From: Octopus vulgaris
Lineage: Eukaryota
Length of the DNA: 64,000 nucleotides
Assembly (NCBI GenBank): GCA_951406725.2
Contig: OX597821.1
Coordinates: forward strand, 68,138,001 to 68,202,000
Reading direction: 5' to 3'
Shown here: positions 1 to 11,100 of the stretch, piece by piece
Layout of the letters: every line of letters starts with the position of its first letter
Position numbering within the stretch: position 1 is the stretch's first letter
The notes under the pieces: generated by a model
What the model saw: only the letters and a program-made list of their open reading frames with translations
What the model was told of the DNA's origin: nothing
Database searches by the model: none
Made by a program: the position numbers and the translations under genes

Positions 1-251
1 ATATATCTTCAGGTGTAAAGAGGTTGAATGTAGTTTCGTCTTTAAGTTGAAGGTTTCCGAAAAAATTTCTAATGTTGATGCTTCATATTTTGCTGGTAGT
101 TTACCGGCGTAAATTATACATACATATATGTGTGTGTGGAGAGAGAGATAGAGAGAGGGGGGAGAGGAAGAGAGGGAGAGAGAGATGATTCCATCATTTG
201 CTTTATGTCCCCAAGCGATGGGCAATCATGAATATGACAGTTGTGACTCAC

Positions 252-596
252 CAGCAGGAATGCTGCTAGGCAATGTTGGCAATGAGGTTTCTGGTAACTC
301 TACAAGTGCGCGGTGTTGGCGTATGAATATGTGTCTATACGCATGTGCATGTGTGTGTGTACCTTTGTGTGAATGTATATGAAATCTGGCTGTGTATGAG
401 AGAGAAAGTGGCATAGGAAAAGTGTGTGTGTGTATGTGTGTGTGTGTGCTTACATATGGTGGGTGCACTTTTTTATTGGCAGTGGTTTTAATGCAACAAG
501 TGGTTGAATATGAGTTGAGCATGGTAGCAGCGGCGCGGGCAATGATGATGATGGCGGTAGTGGTGGACGTGGGATGGTGCAATGGCGCTAGTGGCG

Positions 597-652
<56 letters not shown>

Positions 653-1023
653 GGCGGTGGCGGTGGTGGTGGTGCTGGTGCTGGTGCTGCTGCTGCTGGC
701 GGTGGCGGCTTTAAAGGTTTCACTAGTGGTAGTGATAGCTTTGAGGATGGTGTTAACGATGGTGGCGATGCAGTCAGTGGTCGTTGTGGTTGCGCTTCTG
801 AAAGAAGTTGAAAGACCAGTGATTGGCGATGTCGGTGATGGCGGAGGTGGTGGAGGCGGCGGCGGTGGTGGGTGGTGGTGGTGGTGATGGTAATGATGGT
901 GGTTGTTGTTGTAATGTTGGTGTTGGAGGAGGTGGTTGTTATGGAGGTGGTGGTGGTGGCTTTTTGGGTTGAAATGATATAGTAGAAAATTACTGATAGT
1001 GAAAGTAATAGTAGAGAACGCAT
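252..1023 (-). CDS. Possible first coding exon of a secreted/membrane protein (signal peptide + T/H/P-rich low-complexity region)
   Basis: ORF 226-1023 starts MRSLLLLSLSVIFYYIISTQKA (hydrophobic, signal-like). A strong donor CTG|GTGAGT lies at 252/251, phase 1. The frame runs through triplet and CA repeats, so it may be open by chance. Confidence 0.3.
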
Positions 1024-1071
1024 AGGATGTATCAGTCTCCAGATTAGTAGTAGTATTAGTATTAGTAGTAT

Positions 1072-1126
<55 letters not shown>

Positions 1127-1439
1127 TGTTGTTGTTGTTGTTGATGATGATATGGTGGTATTGGTGGTACTGGCGGTTTGGTGGTGTAGTGGTGGTGGTG
1201 GTGGTTGTGGTGGTGGGTGGCGGTATTTTGCTGATAGTTCTGTTTGTACTGGTATAGTAGTGATTATAGTGAAAGGCAATACTATTTCCTTGTGACCATC
1301 CCACCTTATTTTTAAGCAAATGAACTTAGGTTGACAATCACCAATATATCTTTTGCTTTAGAAAGGAGAGTTAGAATGTGGTTTAACTACTGCTTGTAGC
1401 GTGAGAAAAAACAAGGTAGAGACTCATTGACTTGCTAAA

Positions 1440-1960
1440 TACACTTTTCTACTCTAGGTACAAGCCCCGGAATTTTGGGGAAGGAGCCAGTCGATTAGAT
1501 CGAGCCCAGTGCGAAACTGGTATTTATTTAATCGACCACGAAAAGATGAAAGGCAAAGTCGACCTCGGCGGAATTTGAACTCAGAACGTAGCGGCAGACG
1601 AAATACCGCTAAGCATTTCGTTCGGCGTGCTAACGATTCTGCCAGCTTGCCACCTTTTTAAAAGGCTGAAAGGCAAAGTCGACCTCGACGGAATTTGAAC
1701 TCAGAACGTAAAGACAGACGAAATACCTATTTCTTTACTACCCACAAGGGGCTAAACACAGAGAGGACAAACAAGGACAGATAAATGGATTAAGTCGATT
1801 ATATCGACACCAATGTGTAACTGGTACTTATTTAATCGACTCCGAAAGGATGAAAGGCAAAATCGACCACGGCGGAATTTGAACTCAGAACGTAGCGGCA
1901 GAGGAAATACTACTAAGCATTTCGTCCAGCGCGCTAACGTTTCTGCCAGCTCCCCGTCTT
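1440..1960 (-). mobile_element. Cluster/multimer of the dominant SINE-like repeat (family A)
   Basis: Reverse complement of GAGCTGGCAGAAACGTTAGC...GAGTTCAAATTCCGCCGAGGTCGACTTTGCCTTTCATCCTTTCGGGGTCGAT, repeated three times. Confidence 0.85.
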
Positions 1961-2089
1961 TGACTTGCAGAATATTGCCTTCTCATAACGGGAATCGAAT
2001 TCAAGATGTGTGGATGGAAACTAAAAATCCTAATAAATTGACAATGATAGTGTTGTTTTTGCAGCTGTTTTTGATATTGATATTTATGA

Positions 2090-2625
2090 AGGTGATAATG
2101 TTTATCTATGTAGCCTCGATTATCACTGGTTCATTCATGACTGACACGGGATGACTAGATTGTGAACCATGTCACGCTTATCATGGAATGATCTGAGATA
2201 GCGCGGATCGGCGATCAGTCGAAGATTTTGTTTGTTGCGCAAAAACGTTCCCCAGCGACCTCCCACAATGCTTAGCTTTCCAGACTACATTGACTATCGT
2301 GTGTGCTTATATGAACATGCTGCGACGCCGGGTATTTTTTTATATAGATTTACGTACACTTACCCGTCATTGAACAGAAAAAGTACGAAGGTGATTGATG
2401 TTGACGAGTGTTATTCTCTACAGAAAACGGTAGAAATGATCAAGAAAATGTGTGACGGTGGAAACACCTCTGCTCTGAGCCCCGAGTTCGGTATCAATGA
2501 ATCTAATATTCATTCAATTCATAAACTGTGGGGAGATGATTTATTCATCACTGATTAATTTTCACTGGGTTTTTTTGTTTGTTTGCTTTTAGCCAAACTC
2601 TGTGATAAACGAGTATAGATGTAGT
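2090..2625 (+). mobile_element. Decayed Tigger/pogo-like remnant with HTH-psq fragment; related copy at about 3765-4050
   Basis: LQKTVEMIKKMCDGGNTSALSPEFGINESNIHSIHK resembles a CENP-B/Tigger N-terminal HTH. Blocks CAGCGACC..CCACAATGCT and AAACGAGTATAG are shared with 3765-4050. Confidence 0.5.
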
Positions 2626-2906
2626 GTGTTATTGTTGTTGGTTGGGGTTTATATCTAGGGACCTGATGTGAGTTGTTACAGTAACAGTTTTGACAATGTT
2701 GTTGTTGTGATGGTGGTGCCAGTTTTCGAAATTACTATTACTGCCTCACGAAACTTTGAGTTTTGAACACGTCTGTGTCAATATTTCTAACATCAAAGAT
2801 ATATATATATATAGGAAAAATATACAGGATAGGAAAAATTATAGACATTTTTTTTTCTACCCGTGGCCTAAAATGCAGAAATTAGTCAACAGACTATATA
2901 TTATTC

Positions 2907-3080
2907 ATATAAAATTAGTGTACACTTAAACACATAAGAGATGCCTTGACAGGACACCTAACATACACGAAGGACTAGTCAAATCCCTTCGAAATTACCC
3001 CTAACCGTGGTTTGGATTTGACTGGTCCTTCTAGTATGCTAGGTGTCCTCTTATATGTTTAAATTACACTAATTTCATAT
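2907..3080. repeat. Fold-back inverted repeat abutting (TA)n
   Basis: 2907-2986 (AAATTAGTGTA...AGTCAAATCC) is the imperfect reverse complement of 3014-3080. Confidence 0.75.
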
Positions 3081-3140
3081 ATATATATATATACATATAT
3101 AAATACATATATATATATAAATGTATATATATATATATAA

Positions 3141-3215
<75 letters not shown>

Positions 3216-3403
3216 CGTGTGTGTGCGTGCGTGTGTGTGTGTGTGTTATGTACAACCCCTCGAAACCTTTCTAGAGTTTGGCAGACTCGATAAAATGTCG
3301 GACAAAATACTTTCGCTATTTAGTTACGTTTTCTTACGTTCTAAGTTCAAGTCTTGTCAAGGTAATTTTTATCTTTTATCCTTCTGTGCTGGATAAAAGA
3401 GTA

Positions 3404-3618
3404 CAGTAATCATTCACCATATCGCAGTTCACCTATTGCGCATTCAGGACATCGTGGTTCACGCATCATGCACCCAATACATCGCAGAGTTTTCTGGTTA
3501 TGTAAATTTATATCGCGGTTTTCTGCGGCCGATAGATATTTATATATATTTTTTAGATTTTAATTATTTCTGTGGGAGGTTTTGGAACGTAACACCCGCG
3601 ATAGTCGAGGGAATACTG
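3404..3618. mobile_element. Tigger/pogo-type MITE
   Basis: TA|CAGTAATC..ATATCGC ... GCGATAGTCGAGGGAATACTG|TA: imperfect TIRs starting CAGT with TA flanks. Confidence 0.65.
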
Positions 3619-4861
3619 TATACCAGTCAAACAATATACTTACGTCAATCTAAATTGTTAATAACATTTTTAGAAATTTCCAAAGTTGGCTCAAGGCCAG
3701 AATTTTGTAGTGAGAGCGTTAATCGATTACATAGACTCCAGTATTTCATTAGTTCATCTCGTGTCAAATCTGATTCATTCATCACTGATACGTTATTTGT
3801 GTATCGTGTTACGCTTGTCACAAACTGGTTTGTCATAACACGCGTCAGCAATCAAGTATTCTGCTTACACTACAAAACCGCACCGCAGCGACCATCCACA
3901 ATGCTCAAGACAACTTTGGATTTCGGAACAAAGCCCATTTTTTCCATATGTTCTATTATTCATTATCGCTGACACCACTGATTCATTTAACACGGTGTTG
4001 TAGTTTTTTTTAAGCAAACACATGTGGCAAACGAGTATAGGCGTACTGTATTTGATCGACCCCGGAAGAATGAAAAGCAAAGTTGACCTCTGTGGAATTT
4101 GAACTCAGAACGTAAAGAAACGTATCTAGCACAAATCATTTTGTCCTTCGCTCAAACGATCCAGCTAAAATGTCCACATAACTTTAGAAAAGCTTCGAGG
4201 TAGGAACTAACAGACGTTATTGACAGGAATGTAGAAAGAAGCGTATTCAAAGACCCTGGGTTTGGTAACGCAGCATTTCTCTAATAACAATGATTTTCAC
4301 TTTTGGCAGAAGGCCATAAATATTAACTGGATAAATGTGTTGCCGGCATCGATCGCAGTATTTGACTTATAGCTAATTTATCAACCCCCAGAGAGATGAA
4401 TGGCTAAATCGACCCCGTCTGTATTTGCTCCTCACACACATACGCATTCAGGCTTACAGACTCACTAACATGTTTCTATATGCAGCTATGTACGAGAGCT
4501 TATGCGATGTGTGTATTTAAGTGCGTGTGTATTTGTTAATGTGTTGATTTCTTTTGAGTTATTAACTTGAATGTATTACAGAAAGGAAAAATGGATGCGT
4601 GGCATTAAGTAATGCCTTTCGTGAAAGGGCATTAGCGATGCATTTAGCGGAACTGCTTTCACCAACAAATCAAAAGCAACGCATTAGGTTAGTATAGCAA
4701 TGAGTACAACATACTCAGGAAGTCGGTATGTAGGGAAATCATTTATAAGAGATACAGTATAATACGGAATCCGATGTTAGAGGGTATATAGTATAAAGAA
4801 GTTAGTATATGAAGCAGTTATTATTATACAAAGGAGTCAATTAGTTAATTGTAATTACATT

Positions 4862-5372
4862 AAGGTGGCGAGCTGGCAGAAACGTTAGCACGCCGAGCGA
4901 AATGCTTAGCAGTATTTCGTCTGCCGTTACGTTCTGAGTTCAAATTCCGCCGAGGTTGACTTTGCCTTTCATCCTTTCGGGGTCGATTAAATAAGTACCA
5001 GTTACACACTGGGATCGATACAATCGACTTAATCCGTTTGTCTGTCTTTGTTTGTCCTCTCTGTGTTTAGCCCCTTGTGGGTAGTAAAGAAATAGGTATT
5101 TCGTCTGTCTTTACGTTCTGTGTTCAAATTCCGCCGAGGTCGACTTTGCTTTTCATCCTTTCGGGGTCGATTAAATACGTACCAGTTATGCACTGGGGTC
5201 AATGTAATCGACTTAATCCGTTTGTCTGTCCTTGTTTGTCCTCTCTGTGTTTAACCCCTTGTGGGTAGTAAAGAAATAGGTATTTCGTCTGTCTTTACGT
5301 TCTGAGTTCAAATTCCGCCGAGGTCGACTTTGCCTTTCATCCTTTCGGGGTCGATCTAATTGACTGGCCCCC
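4862..5372 (+). mobile_element. Family A SINE with head plus tandem internal units (184-bp period)
   Basis: TATTTCGTCTG recurs at 4913, 5097 and 5281; B-box-like GAGTTCAAATTCC in each unit. Confidence 0.9.
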
Positions 5373-5462
5373 AACTCTTCTCCACCTTGTCTCTTTCTTT
5401 ATAATCCTTTCTAGTTTACGCTCTCTTTCTGTCCTGTCTAAACCTCTCACTTCTCGCTCCCT

Positions 5463-5503
<41 letters not shown>

Positions 5504-5574
5504 CCTCTCTCTACCTTTCTCTCCTCTCCACCTACTGTTTATCTATCTGCTATCTCTGTTCTCTCTCTCTCTTG

Positions 5575-5623
<49 letters not shown>

Positions 5624-6462
5624 CCTCTTTTCTGCTTCTTGCCTTCATCTTCTCTATTTCTTTTCCCGCCCTTCATCCTTTCCGCCTTTCTATTTGTTTC
5701 TCTCTACATTACAATCTTAATCTCTCCTTCCCAAACACATCACATTTTCTCACGTTTTATTTTTTTTTTATTTTATGCCCCTCTTCCCAAAGTGACCCCT
5801 ATCTCTTTCGCGAAGTGTTGCCCCTTCTCTTTCTATCTCTTAGTTTCTCTCTTCTATATGCCTTCATCATCACTCGCTTTCTCCCTTTTTCTATTAGTTC
5901 GTTAATATTTTACGCCCTCTTCACGCACTCTCTGTTTCTCTTTCTCTCTCTCTCTACCTTTCTCTCGATCTAGCCATCTGTCAATCTATCTATTTTCCCT
6001 TCAATCTTCATTATTCCCTCAAGCATTATTAAACGTTTTCATGAAAGAGAAAGTACAAAACAACAACAACAACAACAGAGAAAATAAAATCAAAATAAAA
6101 AGAAGCAGTGTAGTTGTTAAGTTCAATGAAGACATAAAGACATGTTACATTGCGTTTATCAGTTCAAGTTTGGCTTCCAGTTAATCTTCCATGTTGTCCG
6201 CTGACGTGGCGTGGTTGATTAAATTGATATGATTAGTAGTCAGGACGATACGGAACGAAACGACGCGAGGCGAATACGGTGACTACGTCATCGAAGATCT
6301 AACGGAACAGAGCTGAGAGTAGAAACACAGAAAGATGCCTACAAACTGTGCCTTGAGAAGAAAGCAGTCTTTGATGAATCATTTCACCGTGTGTAATATA
6401 ACAACAGTAATAGCGAAAGCGATGAAAAACAATCGAAAAGAAGGATGCACTTCCATAGAACA

Positions 6463-6494
<32 letters not shown>

Positions 6495-6754
6495 CAAAAG
6501 ACTCAAATGTATTTCTCTTTTCTTAAAGACTAAAGAAATAAGAAGAATGAATATAAGGATTGCAGAGAAATACTGTGAGAATGTATGAAAACAAAAATAA
6601 ACACAAATCACGGGGCCAAAAAATAAAAAAAAAAAGATGTTGGACTAATGATTTATGAAAGAAAGACGAGAAAAAGTGAAACATATAATGTGAAGATTGG
6701 ATGGGGGTGGACGAACGAGGAAGAGGAGGTGGTGAAGAAGGACAAGAAGGGAGA

Positions 6755-6888
6755 GACGATGATGATGATAATGATGATGATGATGGTGGTGGTGGTGGTG
6801 GTGGTGGTGATGTCGACAATGCAATGATGGCGATGATAAACATTGTAAAGAAGTAGAAAAATGAGTAGTAGTAATAGCAGCAGCAGCC

Positions 6889-6980
<92 letters not shown>

Positions 6981-6981
6981 G

Positions 6982-7033
<52 letters not shown>

Positions 7034-7156
7034 GTGGAGCAGGAGGAGGAGGAGGAGGAGGAAAATAACACTAGAGGCGGCAGTGAAGGCAGAAGTAGTA
7101 GTAGCGGCAACAGCAACAGCAGCAGCAGTAGGAGTAGCAGCAGCAGCAGCAGCAAC

Positions 7157-7204
<48 letters not shown>

Positions 7205-7205
7205 T
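6755..7205. repeat. Compound trinucleotide microsatellite (GAT/GGT/CAG/TAG/GAG)
   Basis: Direct reading. Confidence 0.95.
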
Positions 7206-7466
7206 ACATTTTTCCGGTAGTAAAAACAACGAAAGATTAACACAGGAGAGAAGAGCAAGCGAATGCATATAATAGCTTGTGCACACACACACACACACAC
7301 GTACATGCATATGTCTACAATACAAAAATACATACAAACATCCAAATATATATACGTTCATACATATATGCAAAAATCAGTAAAACTTTCCAGAAGTTTA
7401 TGATTAAGTATATATGAGCGTATCTAGATATGCAACTATATGCGTGAGAATACAAACAAAACAAAT

Positions 7467-7564
7467 CATACATACATACATACATACATACATACATACA
7501 TACATACATACATACATACATACATACATACATACTTACGCATATACATACATACACACATAAA

Positions 7565-7598
<34 letters not shown>

Positions 7599-7882
7599 CA
7601 TACATACATACACACATAAATACATACATACATACATATATACATACATACATACATACATACATACATACATACATACATACATACATACATACATACA
7701 TACATACATTCAAATGTACCCTGTTGCCGATGTTGAAATTCCAATGAACGAACCTTGGATCTAGGTTAGAAAACGGCTCTTTCTCTATTGGCAACAAACC
7801 TTTAAATAAAAAGGAATAATGACATACATACATACATACATACATACATACATACATACATACATACATACATACATACATA
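7467..7882. repeat. (CATA)n tracts interrupted by a ~110-bp insert at 7709-7821
   Basis: Direct reading. Confidence 0.95.
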
Positions 7883-8126
7883 GGATAAACTGGGATTTTT
7901 AGAAAGAGAAATCGTCTGGCTAATTTGTACATTACACGTGCAATCTGTGAGTGGAACAGTAAAAATATACAAGACTTTTCTCAAGTTCCAAATAGGAATT
8001 TGTCTGCGTTAACTACATCTCAAAGATGGAGACTTGTATCTTCGTTGGAAATCGATTCCCATGTGAGTGGAAGATTTATAATTAAAAATTAGACGATACA
8101 TACATACATACATACATACATACATA

Positions 8127-11100
8127 AAACTTAGATAAAACTTAGATATGTTTCGACCAGAGATTGGTCTAGGCCATGTCTAACTTAATAGCACCACCTG
8201 ATAGGATTATTCGAATCCTGTTTAAGTCAAGTTCTGTTCAAGTAGTGAGTTCTTGTTGGGTGAGTTGTATCCAGTTTTGTTCAAGTAGTGAGTTCTTGTT
8301 GGGTGAGTTGTATCCAATTATGGGTGGCTTGTCTGGTATTCTTTGAAGGAATCTATCCAGACTGTTTGAAGTTGATGGGATCCTTTTCCTCTTTGATCTC
8401 CCTCGGGACAATGTTAAATAGGGCAGGGCCTGTTGAGGAAAAGAAATTATGTTGCAGTGTACATGTATGTTGTGATCTTGAATTTGGCAGGGGACGTATA
8501 GCCCGTGGTCCAAGTCTCGGATGAACCTTGAAGCTAATGTTTAGGTCGTTTGGGCAAAGTTGGCGGTATATTTTCCACATCGTACAAATGATGTACCGCT
8601 CACGGCGACGCTGGAGGGAGTAAAGTTTCAAGGCTTTAAGGCGATCCCAATAGTCGAGAGCAGCCATGCCTTCAATTTGTTTAGTGAGAGCCCTCTGGGG
8701 TGACTCAATTCTGGAGATGTTTTGTCTTGTGTGAGGAGACCACAGTGGGCAGCAGTATTCAAGGTGTGGCCGTACAAAGGATGAAAAAAGTGGTATGATG
8801 ACACCTTGTTCTCTGGACCGGAAAGTTCTTAAGATCCAGGAACTCATCCTACGAGCTGTATCGACCTTCTTGTTGATGTGTGCACTCCAACTGAGATCGT
8901 CATCAACAATTACACCCAGGTCTCTGATATTGTTAGAGGCTGTGAGCGGTTCCCCTGAAGGAAGAGAGTATGGTTGTTTTAGTGAGGAATTTCTTCCAAA
9001 ATGCATCAGCTCAAATTTTCCCTCATTCAGTTGCATTTTGTTTCTGTCTGCCCATTGACTCACAGCATATAGGTCAGACTGGAGTTGAGTTCGGTCTGCT
9101 TCTTCATTGACGATTTGCTGGAGCTTAGTGTCATCAGCGAATATTTTCACTTTGCAGTGATGTACGACACTGGAAAGGTCGTTTACATAAATTATGAAGA
9201 GTAGCGGACCCAAAACAGTTCCCTGGGGAACACCGCTGGTGACTTTTGCTGGGTTTGAGTGGACTCCATCAACTACAACATGTTGTGTTCTATTCGCTAG
9301 GAAATACTGAATCCAGTGTAGAACTTTTCCACGGATTCCAACATTTGCCAATTTTGAGAGTAGGATGTTATGGTCTACCCTGTCGAACGCTTTACTGAAG
9401 TCAAGGTATATGACGTCAGAGTTCGAACCTGTTCCCAAGGCTTTGAGTACATCTTCAATGTGGTGTAAGAGCTGTGTTAGACAGTCCCTGCCACAGCGAA
9501 AGCCATGCTGATTTGAATTTAGGAGTTTGTGGGTCTCCAGGAAGTCAGCTATCCTTGATCTTAACACTCTTTCAAACACTTTAATGATGTGGGAGGTGAG
9601 TGAGATTGGGCGATAGTTGACTGCGAGGGATCTGTTTCCCTGTTTGAAAACCGGGATGACCGACTGGGATAGAAACTTTTTCGGTATATAACCTGCGTCT
9701 AACGAGTTTCTCCAGAGGTTGGTCAGAGGGACTGCAAGTTGATATCTACATTCCTTCAGGAGACTGGCGGGAAATCTATCAGGGCCTACAGCAGAGTAAT
9801 GTTTGACCTCATTTATTGCTGCTACGATGTCGATGGCAGTGAAGGTTATGTCTGCGATTTTGTGTTGGGAGACAGCTTCGTTCGTTTCCCTCATATCAAT
9901 ATCAGTGGGAACACTGAAGACAGAGCAATATTGTTTCTGCAGTATTTCTGCCATTTCTTTAGCATCGTGTTGGGGAATGCCGTTTTCATCAATCAATGGC
10001 CCAATAGGTGAGACAGTGGTTCTATGCTTATTTGCATAAGAATAGAACACTTTTGGGTTCTGTTTGATGTTTTTGATTACCCATTGTTCCTCCACAGCTC
10101 TTTGATTTTCAATGGAGGTTTTCATGTTAGTCTGCAGATGAAGTTTTTCCAGCTCTAGTCTTTTCATTGTTGTTGAATGTGGGTGTTGCGTGTGGGAATA
10201 TTTTAATTGGTTGATTTTTTTGTTGAGTCTTTTGATGCGCCTGATGAGTGTTTTTTTCTTTTTAGGGAGCCGGTTTCTGTTTGTGTTAGTAGATTTCTTG
10301 GGGGCGTGTTTAGAGCATGTGTCGGTGACAATGGTTTCAAAGTGATGCCACGCGGTCTCAATATGAGGGGAATTGAGAGTAAAAGACCAGTCGATGGAAG
10401 ACAGATCCTTTCTGATTGTTCCCCAGTCCGCTTTGTGGAAATTTATGTTGTCAAATGGGTGCCATGGAGTGGGATTGGCTAGTTTGGTTTTTATACGTCG
10501 GGAATTAAGATTGCAGAGTACCATGTCGTGGTCTGAGAGGAGAGTTTTTTCGACTGAAATGCTGTGAACGTAGCTAGAGTGATTGGTCAGTACCAGATCC
10601 AAGATCGTTTTATTCTGTCTCGTTGGTTCAAGCACTAGCTGAGTCAGGAAATACTCATCCATCAGATTAAAGAGCAGTTCTGCTGCTGCCCTATCTGATG
10701 TAGAGCACTTGCCTAACTTCGGAGTATTTGTGGGCCAGTTCACATGAGGGAGGTTAAAATCACCCATCACTATTATGTTTCCGGAGTGGTACTTCCGAAG
10801 GAAGGACTTGACTTTGCTAAGGCACTCTTCAAAGTACTTTAGAGGTGCCTGGGGAGGCCTGTAAAGACCAACAATGGTTATGTCCTTGGCTTTGTTGTAT
10901 ACTGATACTGATTCACAGTAGCCATTGGAAATTGTGTCCTTGGCATCAAGTGAAAAGGAGTCATGGATAAAGATGGCTGTCCCTCCCTTATTTCGGTCTG
11001 TGCGATCCACACGAACAATGGTGAAATCTTTTATTTTCACCTCTGCGTCCATATGGGTGTTGTTCAGGTGAGTCTCGGTAAGGATAAAGAAAGGGAAGCA

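Noticed and set aside
1-20. CTGAAGA on minus strand at the window edge
   Set aside because: The rest of any motif lies outside the window
4862-5372. CRISPR-like array
   Set aside because: Whole 184-bp units repeat with no unique spacers; eukaryotic SINE
8145-8185. Hairpin + GAAAC in the LINE 3' UTR as a hammerhead
   Set aside because: No CUGANGA; better explained as a LINE 3' stem-loop
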